A stretch of DNA of 63,963 nucleotides, counting the filler, from Stramenopiles sp. TOSAG23-3 (lineage: Eukaryota), in the NCBI GenBank assembly GCA_900128585.1. It is 4 parts of 4 records of this genome, joined end to end, with 100 filler letters (N's around TTAATTAATTAA, not from the genome) between each part and the next. Parts side by side here need not be neighbours in the genome. Positions count along the whole stretch, not along the records: positions 20,715 to 41,291 come from LT642374.1; positions 41,392 to 61,877 come from LT642375.1; 2 more parts are not named here. The stretch is one strand, 5' to 3'. Below are positions 31,730 through 42,930 of this stretch, in pieces; the first letter of the stretch is position 1, and each line of letters starts with the position of its first letter. The notes under the pieces were generated by a model that worked only from the letters and a program-made list of their open reading frames with translations, made no database searches and was not told the origin of the DNA. Both the position numbers and the translations under genes were made by a program.

Positions 31730-33112
31730 TCAATTCGCTAGTGCTCCCATTGGATCCCATGCCGGCAAGACAATTGGTTCTGTGGTGCTGGCGTTCGCAA
31801 CAAGGTCTTTGATCGGGGAGTTGTCGTCAATCAAACTTTTATCAACGACAACTTGGTACATGAATTGGTCAAACCAGGCGTCGGTCATCATCAGGTACCC
31901 TTTGTCTGTGCCCTTTTCTCCCCAACTATTTTCAATCCTCCATTTGGCTGGGTTGGGCTGGTTCGGCTCTTCGTCGTAGCCCGTCAATGTCATCGCGTGC
32001 GTCATTAAACTTGCGCCGTACCTTAACCGGTCTTCTTTGTTGAACTCAAACTTGTGGTCAAACGCATTTTCGTAGTCAAAGGCGTTTACGTCCAGGACAG
32101 CAATGTCGCGCGCAAAATATTTTCCTACGTCGCACCCAAACCAGCAGGGGTCGTCGTTGTCAATCGTTTTCTTTGCATACTCCTTCATGTCTTCGATGGG
32201 AACATTAAAATAGCAAATCCCTTTCCCGCCTACAACATTGCCAAGCCGATCCACCGTATACATTTTGTAATACTCGTTTCTCGGATCATTGATCAACGAG
32301 ATTTTCGAATCCACGTCAAACATGCCGCGAATATGGTCTTGGTAAAACGATACGGGCGTCAGGTCACGAAACGCATGGAACTTTTTGTCCTTCTTGTCAT
32401 AAAACGTCCAATCGAACTGCGTTGGCGGCTGCCCAAAAAAGAGGCAGAGAAATTTGTGAAATTCCTTGATCATTGCCTTTTTTGCATCTTGCAAATTGCT
32501 CGCAGTCAAGTCCCCGCTCGACGCATTGTGCATTTTTCGCAGCTCTTTCCCAAAATTGCGTAGCGTATACGTCAGCCACCAGTTCATGCTCCGTGATTCG
32601 GTCGCATTGAAGTTTTCTGGGAACGCTTGCTTCGGACACACCCCGTATTTGTTTACCAAATTGACGAGCATATCCCACTGGCCTCCGTCGCACAGTGGGT
32701 CTTTGAACAAATGCTCAATCATTCTCGAGTCTGTGTCCATGTCCAAAGTTTCGATGACGTTCTGAAGAAAGAAATTCGCCTTTTCCAGTTTGTCGTAAAA
32801 GAATAGATGGGCTTGCGAAATTTCAAAGGAGTCGTCCAAGTTGTACTTCTTCATTAGGTTGATTCGCATGCAGTTGCAGAGGGCGAACATCCAGCACCTT
32901 CCGCTCGAGCGTTGGTTGCAGCACTTGCCTTCCGTCGAAATCTTCTTTGAATACACAAAATTGTACTTGGTCGTAACCGCACGGTTTTTCAACACTTCTG
33001 TCATTTTGTGCGTGGTCAACGCATTCGTCACCAGGCGGTTTTTCGGGCTTGCGTTGAATTCATCACAGTAGGTTACCAGGTCGGCCAGAGATACTTCGCT
33101 GTTGTCGGTCAT
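31730..33112 (-). CDS. BLMH: Bleomycin hydrolase / aminopeptidase C (peptidase C1B)
   Basis: 'NQRSSGRCWMFA' (catalytic Cys), 'DGGQWDM', 'SLMTHAM' (His), 'WRIENSWG' (Asn), C-terminal 'LPAWDPMGALA'. Confidence 0.97.
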   Translation of the reverse strand: MTDNSEVSLADLVTYCDEFNASPKNRLVTNALTTHKMTEVLKNRAVTTKYNFVYSKKISTEGKCCNQRSSGRCWMFALCNCMRINLMKKYNLDDSFEISQAHLFFYDKLEKANFFLQNVIETLDMDTDSRMIEHLFKDPLCDGGQWDMLVNLVNKYGVCPKQAFPENFNATESRSMNWWLTYTLRNFGKELRKMHNASSGDLTASNLQDAKKAMIKEFHKFLCLFFGQPPTQFDWTFYDKKDKKFHAFRDLTPVSFYQDHIRGMFDVDSKISLINDPRNEYYKMYTVDRLGNVVGGKGICYFNVPIEDMKEYAKKTIDNDDPCWFGCDVGKYFARDIAVLDVNAFDYENAFDHKFEFNKEDRLRYGASLMTHAMTLTGYDEEPNQPNPAKWRIENSWGEKGTDKGYLMMTDAWFDQFMYQVVVDKSLIDDNSPIKDLVANASTTEPIVLPAWDPMGALAN

Positions 33113-33753
33113 TGCGTTGCAGGCAATTGTATTATAGGCAGGTAAAAATCTGTCCGGCAGGTGTAGCTTCTTTTGTACGGTCTTCAGTCAATTGATTGTT
33201 AAAATGTTGTTGTTGCAGTGAGAAGCTTATACTACTATTGAATGATAAGCTTTTTTTTCTTTTCTCTTTTTTATAGTATGGGAGGTGAGATCTCTATTAT
33301 ATTTATATTCAAAAAATGCTTCCTCTTCCTTCGTCGCTTCTTTTTTTTTTTTTTTTTTTTTAGTATTGGTATAAGAAGAAGAAGATCGATGATTGAGATT
33401 TGAAATGAAGAAGATAGTGTCTGCTGTGGTATAGGCGTGCTTATATAGGAGGGAGGAAGAAGAAGAAAGAAGAACAAAGAGAAATCACAAAAAAACGAAG
33501 AAGATAAATATAAATAAATAATTCTAAATAAAAACAACAATTAAGGTATAAATTCATACAGTATATTATTATGTATTATTATTGTTATATTTATTTGATG
33601 ATGATTTAATTATTATATAAGTATAGCAAGGTAATAGAAAGGTAAGGAAGAAGAAGGAGAAATAATATTATTATAATATTTCCAGTTGTGTTGTTGTGTT
33701 ACTTCCTTTCTCTGCTTCTTTGTTCTTCTTTCTTCTTCAGTTTGTGCTCGAAT

Positions 33754-34884
33754 TTACATGGCTGGAATTTGCTCAATCGTATCCTTTGGTTCACCATGGA
33801 GCCAATTGTCAAACATATCCATCCCACCGGTGACTACCATAAGGAGCAATGGAACCAACACCAGCATGTGTCTGATTGGCAGTTTCGCTGCTGGGGGCTT
33901 CGCTGGCGCGTCACCGGATTCTGTGTCGCCCGCAACAGCTTTTGGCACAGGAAATGCCCGATACATATGGGCCGAACAGAGCGTGATACACCCGCCAATG
34001 ACGAACTGGCCAGTGAGTTCATTGCCCAGCAACACGACACTTGCCACAGTCGACACAACGCTGCCTACCGCTACGGCGATCCCGCGGACCACATTGTTCA
34101 AATACTTCATTATAAACCCCATCATTAAGCCTTGGGTCCCCATGAGCACGATGATGATTACGTGCAAGTAGTTGAACCCGCCCATGCTGTTCAACCCGTA
34201 CAGCATAATGGACAGCAAGTTGAATGCGACGCCAAAGACGTACATTTTAACGTTCTGGATGTGCACGTTGTCCTGCGCTGGGTTACCCGTGTTCGCTTTG
34301 TACAGCTTTTCGCAGAACGTACCCGCGATGGCGCTCAAGATTGCAGTCCCTATGCCAAAGCTGAGAGTGAAAAGCATCGAGGCACCTTTATCGTCGCCCT
34401 TCTTGTGCCCTGGGTTTTTCACCGTGGTCGCCATGCCAATAGCGATCAAGGCCAACGCGCACCATTGGGTCCTGGAAATTTTCTGCTTCAGGTACATCAT
34501 GGCTAGCGCAGCGGTGATCAACAGTTTTATGTTGGCAAGCATGTTTACCAGGTGCGAGGCGATATATTTCAACGCAAACATCGCAGCGTTGTTGATAATA
34601 AAGTAGAGCCCAGCTGGGACACCAAAGTACCTGGCTTTGTGCCAAAAGTCCAAGGTAAAGGCAGCGCTCAGCTCGGACGCCACCCCTTTCTCTTTCATCT
34701 CTTTTTGGTAAGAGTAAACGGAGTACGTAAGTTTCAACGTTTCCGCGCAAAGAATGATGAACGACGGGTCACACGACGAGACGCGCCAGGCGTACTCTCC
34801 AAGCAAACTACTCGCACACATAAAAAAAACTGCCGCCACGACGAGCAGCGCTTTCGCGTAGGCCGTTTCAAATAACTTGTCCAT
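33754..34884 (-). CDS. Nucleotide-sugar transporter, SLC35A (UDP-Gal/CMP-Sia) family
   Basis: 'AETLKL', 'VPAGLYFIINN', 'NIKLLITA', 'QWCAL', 'AGTFCEKLYK', 'IQNVKMYVFG', 'IMKYLNNVVRG'. Confidence 0.9.
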   Translation of the reverse strand: MDKLFETAYAKALLVVAAVFFMCASSLLGEYAWRVSSCDPSFIILCAETLKLTYSVYSYQKEMKEKGVASELSAAFTLDFWHKARYFGVPAGLYFIINNAAMFALKYIASHLVNMLANIKLLITAALAMMYLKQKISRTQWCALALIAIGMATTVKNPGHKKGDDKGASMLFTLSFGIGTAILSAIAGTFCEKLYKANTGNPAQDNVHIQNVKMYVFGVAFNLLSIMLYGLNSMGGFNYLHVIIIVLMGTQGLMMGFIMKYLNNVVRGIAVAVGSVVSTVASVVLLGNELTGQFVIGGCITLCSAHMYRAFPVPKAVAGDTESGDAPAKPPAAKLPIRHMLVLVPLLLMVVTGGMDMFDNWLHGEPKDTIEQIPAM

Positions 34885-35631
34885 GGTTTCGGTTGTCTTC
34901 TTCGTCGTTCTTTGTAAATTCCACTATAAGCCAAATCTATTCTATCACTATAATCATAACTGAGCTAGATCATGAATTGTCACGAAATGTTAGGACAGAG
35001 CGATACATTTGTTTCACTTTCATATCCGATTACATAATGGACTCTGTATAGATACAGAATATATTTATAGAGCTTTTAATTAATAAATATTTGTTGTTAG
35101 TTGTGTGTGTTTTTTGGTGTTGGGTCGGTGTGTGGTGGGTGGTGGGTGGTGCTGTTATTTATTAATAATTATTCAAAAAATACGAAGAAGAAGAAAGAAG
35201 AAAAGAACAAGAAGGAGGATGATGAAGAACGAAAACAAACAACGAACGAACGAACGAACGGCTCCGCAATATTAATATTTATAGGTAAATACACTGTATA
35301 CATAGCATATATTAAGTACATTTTTAAATTATATAGTTATAGTACGAGTGTGAACTTTTTAAATTATTATTAAAAGAATAGCAGGGAGTTAGTGTTACGA
35401 AACATATAATAACATTGAATAATATTAAAACGAACTAACAGAAGAAGAGGCAGGAGGTGGTATTATTTTTATTATTACATATTAAAATAAAACAAGAAAA
35501 TATGGAATTTGGGTGAGATGGTTTGTAAAATATAATTTAATATTATTACGTTTTGTTTAAATATTAAGTGCCATAAACCAACAAGAGGAAAATATTCGTT
35601 GATACATGTTGAATCGATCAAAAAATGATGC

Positions 35632-36651
35632 TCAGTACCCTAGTTTTTTATTTACAGCCCTTTCCGATGGGACCTTACAGTCACTGTCGACAAATTCCTG
35701 AAGTATTTCCCTGAACTTTCCTAGGGCAAGTTGGTCCATGTTTGGAACATTGTCAGCGTTGTGCGAACTCATCAGCAAGACGTCGTTGGGAAGGTTCCAG
35801 AGGCTGCTGCTCTTCGGCAAGGGCTCTGTTTTAAAAACGTCTAACGCAGCTCCAAAAATACGCCGTTCCTCCAAATGCTTGAACAAGTGGTCCTCGTTCA
35901 AAGTGGCCCCGCGCCCAATATTGATCAGCACGCTGGTGCTCTTCATTTTCTCTAAAATGTTCCTATCGACAAAGCCAGCCGTTGCCTCCGTGGATGGCAA
36001 ACAGACTACCAGAAAATCCGCATTGCTGACCAGCTCGTGTACTTCTTGATCGCTCGGGCCGAACAGCTTATCCAGCAACGGGTCATCCTTTGATTTCTCC
36101 GGCCGGGATCTAAGTCCCCAAACCTTCATCTGGAACGCTTTTGCAAGGGTAGCCACTTTCGACCCTATATCCCCGTACCCCAATATACACAGTGTTTGCG
36201 ATTTCAATTGCGGCATCACGAAACAATCCCACACTTTACCCTCGTGGTTGGACTGGAGGCGCGTCGTCAGTTTCGAAAAATACAAGCACGCATACATGCA
36301 GTACTCTGCGAGCGACTGGGAATAGCAGCCCCTCGCGTTTGTTAGCCCAACGGTTTCGTTGTTCGCAAACTCTTCTCCAGCTGCACTGTGAAACAAAAAA
36401 TCAATCCCAGCAGAGCAGCAGTGCACCCACTTCAACTTCCCCGCAACAAGCTTAGGGTACAAATGCTCGAAAGCAGCAACCATGAGATCGTGCCCACCCC
36501 GAAGCAATAGTACCTCCGCCTCTTGCACATGTTCGTCCTTAAACGCCGTGAACTCCACGCCAATGTCTAGCACCACAGCGTTCGGTGGCAGATCGCCCAA
36601 ATATTCCGAAAGCTCTGGCTTCCCTACCACCAAGATTTTTACTTTTTCCAT
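35632..36651 (-). CDS. D-isomer-specific 2-hydroxyacid dehydrogenase (NAD(P)-binding)
   Basis: 'LKWVHCCSAGID', 'TNARGCYSQSLAEY', 'ILGYGDIG', 'INIGRG', 'AALDVFKTEPLP', 'SSHNAD'. Confidence 0.93.
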   Translation of the reverse strand: MEKVKILVVGKPELSEYLGDLPPNAVVLDIGVEFTAFKDEHVQEAEVLLLRGGHDLMVAAFEHLYPKLVAGKLKWVHCCSAGIDFLFHSAAGEEFANNETVGLTNARGCYSQSLAEYCMYACLYFSKLTTRLQSNHEGKVWDCFVMPQLKSQTLCILGYGDIGSKVATLAKAFQMKVWGLRSRPEKSKDDPLLDKLFGPSDQEVHELVSNADFLVVCLPSTEATAGFVDRNILEKMKSTSVLINIGRGATLNEDHLFKHLEERRIFGAALDVFKTEPLPKSSSLWNLPNDVLLMSSHNADNVPNMDQLALGKFREILQEFVDSDCKVPSERAVNKKLGY

Positions 36652-37098
36652 TTTATATATAGACTGTACACAATAGATAGAGAATCTGGCAACCAAACCT
36701 GGAAGAAACCTCAGCGATGTTTTCCACGGGCAGTGTATACTATTGTTCGATGTATTTCTTTTGTGTTATATATCTGTATAATAATAATAATAATAATAAT
36801 AGTAGAGAAAGAAAAGGTATAAAATAAAATAATGTCCATCCATCCTCCCTCTTCTTCTCTCTTCTCTCCTCTCTTGTCATAATTATAACATAAACAAGAA
36901 TATAATATATTGTACTTGTATTGATATATATAAATAGGGATTTTATTTTTGAATTTGAAATTCAACATCTCATCACCACACACCACACACCACCCACAAC
37001 ATGATAGAAGAAGAAAAGAAGAGGAGAAGAGTAGTATAATAGGAGAGAAAGAAAGATTGTAGAAGAAGTGATTGTTGTTGATTATTATTAATTACTAC

Positions 37099-37134
<36 letters not shown>

Positions 37135-37385
37135 GAAGAAACGAAGTAATAATAAGTGATCAAACAACTTCATTCAGTATATATATTTTACCTACTCCTC
37201 TCTCTATATTTTTATACCATTCATGGATAAATAGCAAATGATACCTAGCAATGAGATGCCACGAGTACGTTGTGTTCAACAAGACAAGGGGTGCAAGATG
37301 TTAGGATTGTAAACACCTCTCCCTCTCTCTTTATTGTATAATATACATCGATAATAAGTAGGGTGGAAGAAGGGCGTGTTGAAGA

Positions 37386-39377
37386 ATGGCGGACGTTCGC
37401 CCACTTCTGTTGTCCGTCTTACGTGCGTTGGAGAGGCTGCACGCGGACGGGAAAACTTTGTATACTTTGGAACTCAAGGTGGAAAACATGTCGTTTGACC
37501 GAAATGGGGAAGTCGCGTGGAAAAAATCGTACCAATCCTCTTACCAGCGAGGTGGCCTCGTTTCCGTATTTGACTCTCCAGAAGTGTTGCTCGACCCAAA
37601 CCTAGCCAGTGGGGGGTCAAAAGATGTGTGGGCGTTTGGATGTTTCTTTTCCTTTTTGCTACGAGGATCCTACATGTTCCATGGGACCACCAAAAACTCC
37701 GTGCTGGCAGATATTTTTTCCACCAACTTGGAACAGGCCGGAATAAAAGGGTTGCTCCCTGCGCACGCAAGCAAAGAGGCAGTCGACATGATTAGCAAAT
37801 GCCTCCATAGAGTTCCTCGCGATAGGCCGTCGTTGCGGTACTTGTTGCAACATCCGTATTTTAGGACCCCCGAAGGCGATACCATGGCCCCGAAGATTGT
37901 CCAACTGGTGACTGCAAAGGTCAAGGCCGCCCTTTGGAGAGGTACATCGGGCGCCGCCCCGCCGCCCGCACGAACGGGCGGTGCAGGGGATAGCAATGAC
38001 CAGGAGAAGGTGATGCGGGACTGGACGGATCAAGGTGAAGAATCGGCGCCTGCGTCGGAGCGGGAGGTTCCGAGGAGCGCTTCTGCAGCCCCAACGTCCA
38101 GGAGCAGCAGCAGCGAAAACACCCACATTGACAATGGCTGTACGTACACAGACGCAAACCCACTTGTGCGCGACAACGTGTTGCACGTAAGCGTGGAGAC
38201 GCTACGGTTGTCGTCCGCTGCCGTGGGCTGGGCAGCGCTCAGGAGCCAGGCTGCCTGCAAAAATGTGTACATAATGTTGAGCGTAAACGTGTGGAAAACG
38301 TCTGAAGATGCAAACAACAATGGGAAGAAGTTTTATGCGAACAAATGGTGCAATGCCGCACATTTGAATAGTCATGGTGACGGCCAGTTCTCAGCAACCA
38401 TTGCAGAACACTTTAGGTACGACATATCTTCTGACCAGCTTTTTGGATCGTCGATAAGCTCTCGATCGTTGACATTGATCGTCTTGGTGCGGGTTGAAAA
38501 TGAGATTGTCGGGTCAGCGATTATTTCCATGGCGAACGTCGGGAAAATGGGTCAAATAGATGGTTGGTATCACATAACTAGCGGCGGAAAATGCATGGGA
38601 CAAGTAAAGGTGATAGCAAGCCCAACGTTGCCAAGTGCAGTGGACATTATGCACCTGCCAACCAGCAGCTTTTTGTTCGGTAGACCCGGTCTAGACACAC
38701 AGCAGATCAGCATGGTTCCGGAAGAATTCACTTTGAGCCATGTCAAAAATGTTTCCAGCGGGGTGGTGCTCTGTGGCCCTCCGCGGGAGCCTCCCAATTT
38801 TGAGAACAGCGTAGCCTTCCCACTAGAACCCGGTCCCGGCAAGAGCCGTTACAAACCCGAAGAATCCAAGCCGAAAAGTAGCATTTTGTCGGCAGTAGAC
38901 AGTTTGGGCGCATTCCTGACGGCTGGGAACCGTGAAAATGTGACCTTGGAAACGTTGGTACAACAGTCTCCGCCAATATCCTCGAAAACCCCGCGCTTTA
39001 AGAGAAGGACCGCGTCTGCCAAGAAACATCGCGATCGAAGTGGGAGAAATTTCGTGCCGAAGGAGGAATGGAGCCCGAAATCTGCGAGTGCGCTGTTGGG
39101 CCAGGAGAATATCGGCAAAGGGGACAATAGTGACCACGCAGAGAAACACAACTCTTTGGATAGTTCTCCTTTATTAGGCCAACGTTTCCAACGTGTCCAT
39201 GAAGGACTTGGCAAATTCAATTCCTGGTGGGAAGGCCAACACGCGTATACTGGTAGCCCGAAGAAGTCGAAAGACAGGGAACTTGGAAGCAGCTCGAACG
39301 CATCAAACAGTGGGAAGAAGCGTGTTGGCAAAAATCGTGGCTCCTCGGGATTAACAAAAAATGCATGGTGGGAGTAG
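37386..39377 (+). CDS. Degenerate kinase C-lobe + C2 domain + disordered tail
   Basis: 'LHADG..LELKVENM', 'SPEVLL', 'DVWAFGC', 'RPSLRYLLQHPYF'; C2 strands 'LHVSVETL', 'VGSAIISM', 'IDGWYHI...GQVKVIASP'. Confidence 0.75.
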   Translation: MADVRPLLLSVLRALERLHADGKTLYTLELKVENMSFDRNGEVAWKKSYQSSYQRGGLVSVFDSPEVLLDPNLASGGSKDVWAFGCFFSFLLRGSYMFHGTTKNSVLADIFSTNLEQAGIKGLLPAHASKEAVDMISKCLHRVPRDRPSLRYLLQHPYFRTPEGDTMAPKIVQLVTAKVKAALWRGTSGAAPPPARTGGAGDSNDQEKVMRDWTDQGEESAPASEREVPRSASAAPTSRSSSSENTHIDNGCTYTDANPLVRDNVLHVSVETLRLSSAAVGWAALRSQAACKNVYIMLSVNVWKTSEDANNNGKKFYANKWCNAAHLNSHGDGQFSATIAEHFRYDISSDQLFGSSISSRSLTLIVLVRVENEIVGSAIISMANVGKMGQIDGWYHITSGGKCMGQVKVIASPTLPSAVDIMHLPTSSFLFGRPGLDTQQISMVPEEFTLSHVKNVSSGVVLCGPPREPPNFENSVAFPLEPGPGKSRYKPEESKPKSSILSAVDSLGAFLTAGNRENVTLETLVQQSPPISSKTPRFKRRTASAKKHRDRSGRNFVPKEEWSPKSASALLGQENIGKGDNSDHAEKHNSLDSSPLLGQRFQRVHEGLGKFNSWWEGQHAYTGSPKKSKDRELGSSSNASNSGKKRVGKNRGSSGLTKNAWWE

Positions 39378-39950
39378 TTAAAATTGGCTTTTAGTTTTGT
39401 ACTACAAAAAAAAATAATACATTCATTTCTTCACGACTAAGAATTTTGAATTCAATTCTTCCTCTTCCCCCTCCTCCTCCTTCTCTCGCCATGCTGCTGC
39501 TTGTTTATTAAAATAATATTTATTTTTATATATTTCATATTTCATAATAGAATGACGACTAGACGACTAGTTATTTTAAACTCTCTCCTCCGTCCTCCCC
39601 CCGTCGTCCTCTTCTTAATATTAATATTACTATTACGTCCGTCCCCACCCTCCATCCACACAAAAAACAAACAACAACAATCAACAACAACAAACAACAT
39701 AATAATAATAAATAATTTGTTGTTTTTTTTATTAATAGTTTTTCATCTGCATGTTTCATTCTGTTTTATACGATTAGCATCAAATTTGTATTGGGATAAA
39801 CATCCATGTGTAAATAGACGGATTCATTGTTTAGTTGAAACTATAACTACCAGGTTTTTGGAAAAGACCAAACGGAGGTTCCTTTGTATATTCAAGGCCT
39901 CTGTTGTATTCCATTGCTCTCTCAGTTATTTTGGGAAAGAAACGAGGGGG

Positions 39951-41105
39951 ATGAGTTTTCTACAGCTGGCAACGGCCTTTGGTGCTCTTGATATATTTTT
40001 TATCGTGGTCAAATCACGGCTCAAGGCAAGGAAGGAACGTGGCAGTAGTGGCAGCGCGTCTTTGGAGGAAGGCAAGCGTGGAATCGTTGAAGGTTTCCCA
40101 GGGTTGGTCGGAAACACGCCGCTTGTTCGGCTGAACCGGGTTGCCGAAGGGACAGGGTGTATAATTTTAGGCAAGTGCGAATTTCTGAACCCTGGGGGAA
40201 GCTCGAAAGATCGTATCGCTCGTCGGATGGTCGAAGAGGCGGAGAAAGACGGATTCCTCAAAGCTGGCGGCACGATAGTCGAAGGAACCGCCGGGAGCAC
40301 CGGCATTAGCCTGTCGTTGATGGCTGCTTCGCGGGGGTACAAGTGTAAAATTGTTATGCCGGACGATGCGGCGGAAGAGAAGACGGAGTTGTTGGAAAAG
40401 TTTGGTGCAGACGTCACTCAAGTACCACCCGCTTCCATCGTGAACGACGGGCATTACAACAATGTTGCCCGAAAGTACTCCGAAGAGAATGCAGGCGCGT
40501 TTTACACCGATCAGTTTGAAAATCTGGCAAACTTTCGATCCCACTACTACGGCACTGGGACAGAAATATGGAACCAGACATGTGGAACCGTTGATGCGTT
40601 TGTAATGGCGGCAGGAACAGGGGGTACCATTTCTGGCGTGGCAACATTTTTGAAGGAGAAAAAGCCGAAAGTCAAAATCTACTTGGCAGACCCCAAGGGC
40701 TCGGTGCTCTACCACCGCGTGAAAGACAAGGTGGCGTATGCACCGCAGCAGGCAGAGAGAAAACTTGAACGCCACCGTTTCGACACGGTGACGGAAGGGA
40801 TTGGCATCGACCGACTCGTTGGTAATTTTATGGTCGGAGAGAAGTACATTGACGATGCCCTTAGAATAACAGACCAAGAAGCATTGGGAATGGCACAATT
40901 TCTTGTTGAGAAGGAGGGCTTGTTCGTGGGCAGCTCATCGGCGGTGAACTGTGCTGCTGCCCGACGGGTTGCCAAACGATTGGGCCCTGGACATGTAATT
41001 GTAACTGTCCTTTGCGACGGGGGGCAAAGGCACATGACTAAATTCTTCAACCCGCAGTACCTTGAAAGGCATGGGTTATCGTATGGGAATTCCTCAAGAC
41101 ATTAA
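39951..41105 (+). CDS. Cysteine synthase-like PLP enzyme with N-terminal membrane anchor (fungal cysteine synthase 2/Mcy1-like)
   Basis: 'VGNTPLV', 'KCEFLNPGGSSKDR' (PLP Lys), 'EGTAGSTG', 'DQFEN', 'AAGTGGT', 'DTVTEGIG', 'EGLFVGSSS'; the part of the tracked ORF upstream of 39951 is low-complexity intergenic DNA. Confidence 0.93.
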   Translation: MSFLQLATAFGALDIFFIVVKSRLKARKERGSSGSASLEEGKRGIVEGFPGLVGNTPLVRLNRVAEGTGCIILGKCEFLNPGGSSKDRIARRMVEEAEKDGFLKAGGTIVEGTAGSTGISLSLMAASRGYKCKIVMPDDAAEEKTELLEKFGADVTQVPPASIVNDGHYNNVARKYSEENAGAFYTDQFENLANFRSHYYGTGTEIWNQTCGTVDAFVMAAGTGGTISGVATFLKEKKPKVKIYLADPKGSVLYHRVKDKVAYAPQQAERKLERHRFDTVTEGIGIDRLVGNFMVGEKYIDDALRITDQEALGMAQFLVEKEGLFVGSSSAVNCAAARRVAKRLGPGHVIVTVLCDGGQRHMTKFFNPQYLERHGLSYGNSSRH

Positions 41106-41291
41106 TCAGGGGGGGGGAGGAGGGTAGGAGGAGGGACTCTTTTTATAGATACGTCACATATCTTATTGTCTGCTGGAAGTAAAATACGTAAAAAGGTAAG
41201 GAAGATGTAATAACAAATTATGATGAAGTATTGAAAATAAAATAAATATGATATAAAGTAAGCGTCTTAAAACATACTATTATAATTTATT

Positions 41292-41391
41292 NNNNNNNNN
41301 NNNNNNNNNNNNNNNNNNNNNNNNNNNNNNNNNNNTTAATTAATTAANNNNNNNNNNNNNNNNNNNNNNNNNNNNNNNNNNNNNNNNNNNN
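41292..41391. other. Artificial scaffold-concatenation linker
   Basis: 44 N + TTAATTAATTAA + 44 N. Confidence 0.97.
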
Positions 41392-41470
41392 CACAACACA
41401 AACCAACGAACGCGCGGGGGTTGAGTGAAGATGTAAAATGATACAATTCTCATTGTTCCTCTTTTCTGTT
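41392..41470 (+). repeat. 79-bp inverted repeat, copy A (scaffold start)
   Basis: Exact reverse complement of 54220-54298. Confidence 0.93.
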
Positions 41471-41792
41471 ATAAAACAATATTATAATTATAACCTTAAT
41501 ATTAACACTAATACAATGAGAAAATGAAATCTTTCCGCAGAAAGGATGGCAGGAAGAGAACGAAAAAACGACGCCGCGCAGAATTCATTACATACTATAC
41601 AAATACAAGGAACGCAAACTTTGTTTTCATTTAAAAAATATATAAAAAACAGTAAAAAATACAAAAAAAAGAAGGAAACAAGAAACCATCGTATTTATTC
41701 TAAAATCAATAGTTAACATTAATTATAAACCATATTTATAACACTATATGTCCAAGAAGCAATTTTATTCAGAGAATGAATGCTACTCCCGA

Positions 41793-42048
41793 CTCCCGAG
41801 CACGAAAAAAAACCAAGCCTATTGCATGTTGCTAGCGTGCAACAGGGAGGGCAACAAAAAAACATTTCGTCGGCTGAGAGCTGAGAGCTCCNNNNNNNNN
41901 NNNNNNNNNNNNNNNNNNNNNNNNNNNNNNNNNNNNNNNNNNNNAGCTGAGAGCTCCCGAGCACGAAATGTTTTTTTTAATCCAAGCCTATTGCATGTTG
42001 CTAGCGTGCAACAGGGAGGGCAAGAAAAAAACATTTCGTCGGCCGAGA
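41793..42048 (+). repeat. Tandem ~100-bp palindromic unit (at least 2 copies) spanning an assembly gap (N 41892-41944)
   Basis: Both flanks read ctcccgagcacgaaa...ccaagcctattgcatgttgctagcgtgcaacagggagggcaa.aaaaaaacatttcgtcggc.gaga. Confidence 0.9.
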
Positions 42049-42930
42049 CGCCTATACCTATAGAATCACGCTGGACAAACCAAACCACGATTAAGGAAAT
42101 ATTTCTTTAAGGAATATATATATATATTGTGGATATGTAAACGAGGTATACTTTATCACTTTTTTAATCTTATTTAATTGTTATAAATAGATGAGTGACA
42201 CTTGCTTGTTCTAGCTGATATAGGCAAGATAATAATAATTCTATTTGATGAGAGTATACTTTTCTCGTAGTCTTTTACTACTTTAATAGTTGGTCTACCT
42301 TCTTCTTTATTACCAAAGGTAGAAGAAGAAGAAGAAGAAGAAAGAGGAAGGAAAGAATGTCGATCGACGATTGCCGCCGTTTCCAATTACAACGCTATTT
42401 CTATATTAATTTTGAAAATATAAAATCTTTTTTTATTATTTATTTATTAGGCGCGTTTTTTTTTCATTTTTTTTTTAATTAATTTTTTCAATTCTTTCTT
42501 CTTGTTATTTACATATATTAAAATAAAAAATGATGAAGAGAACCGACCTTCTTCGTTCTTCTAAAAAAAAAAAAACTACTACTCTTCTTCTCTTTTTTTC
42601 CCCTTCTTTCTTCTTGTGTTACCAAGAAGCATATTATACGGTACGGTTCCTGTTCCGAACGGGTCACTGTATTTGGTACGTAATTATAGCTGTTTAAGAT
42701 TGGATTGAACAATGATGTCTTTCCTTCTTCTTCTTTCATTTGTCTCTTTGCTGTTGCCTTAAGTGTCAAGTGTAGTACCAGCAACAAACCATTCGTATCA
42801 CCCACGGTTTGCTTGCGACGAGCTTTCTCCTGTTTTAACAAACTTCAAGGCGTGCGTGGAGCGAGTGCGAGGTTGGGGTAAGGTCCTACCTACAAGCCAA
42901 CCAGCGTGATACATAAACGCAAACCCTTCC

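Noticed and set aside
39501..39950. 150-aa N-terminal extension of the cysteine synthase ORF
   Set aside because: Begins at TTG in low-complexity AT-rich intergenic DNA; the plausible ATG is at 39951
41793..42048. Repeat with palindrome as a CRISPR array
   Set aside because: Unit is ~100 bp with no unique spacers, there are no cas genes, and the context is eukaryotic
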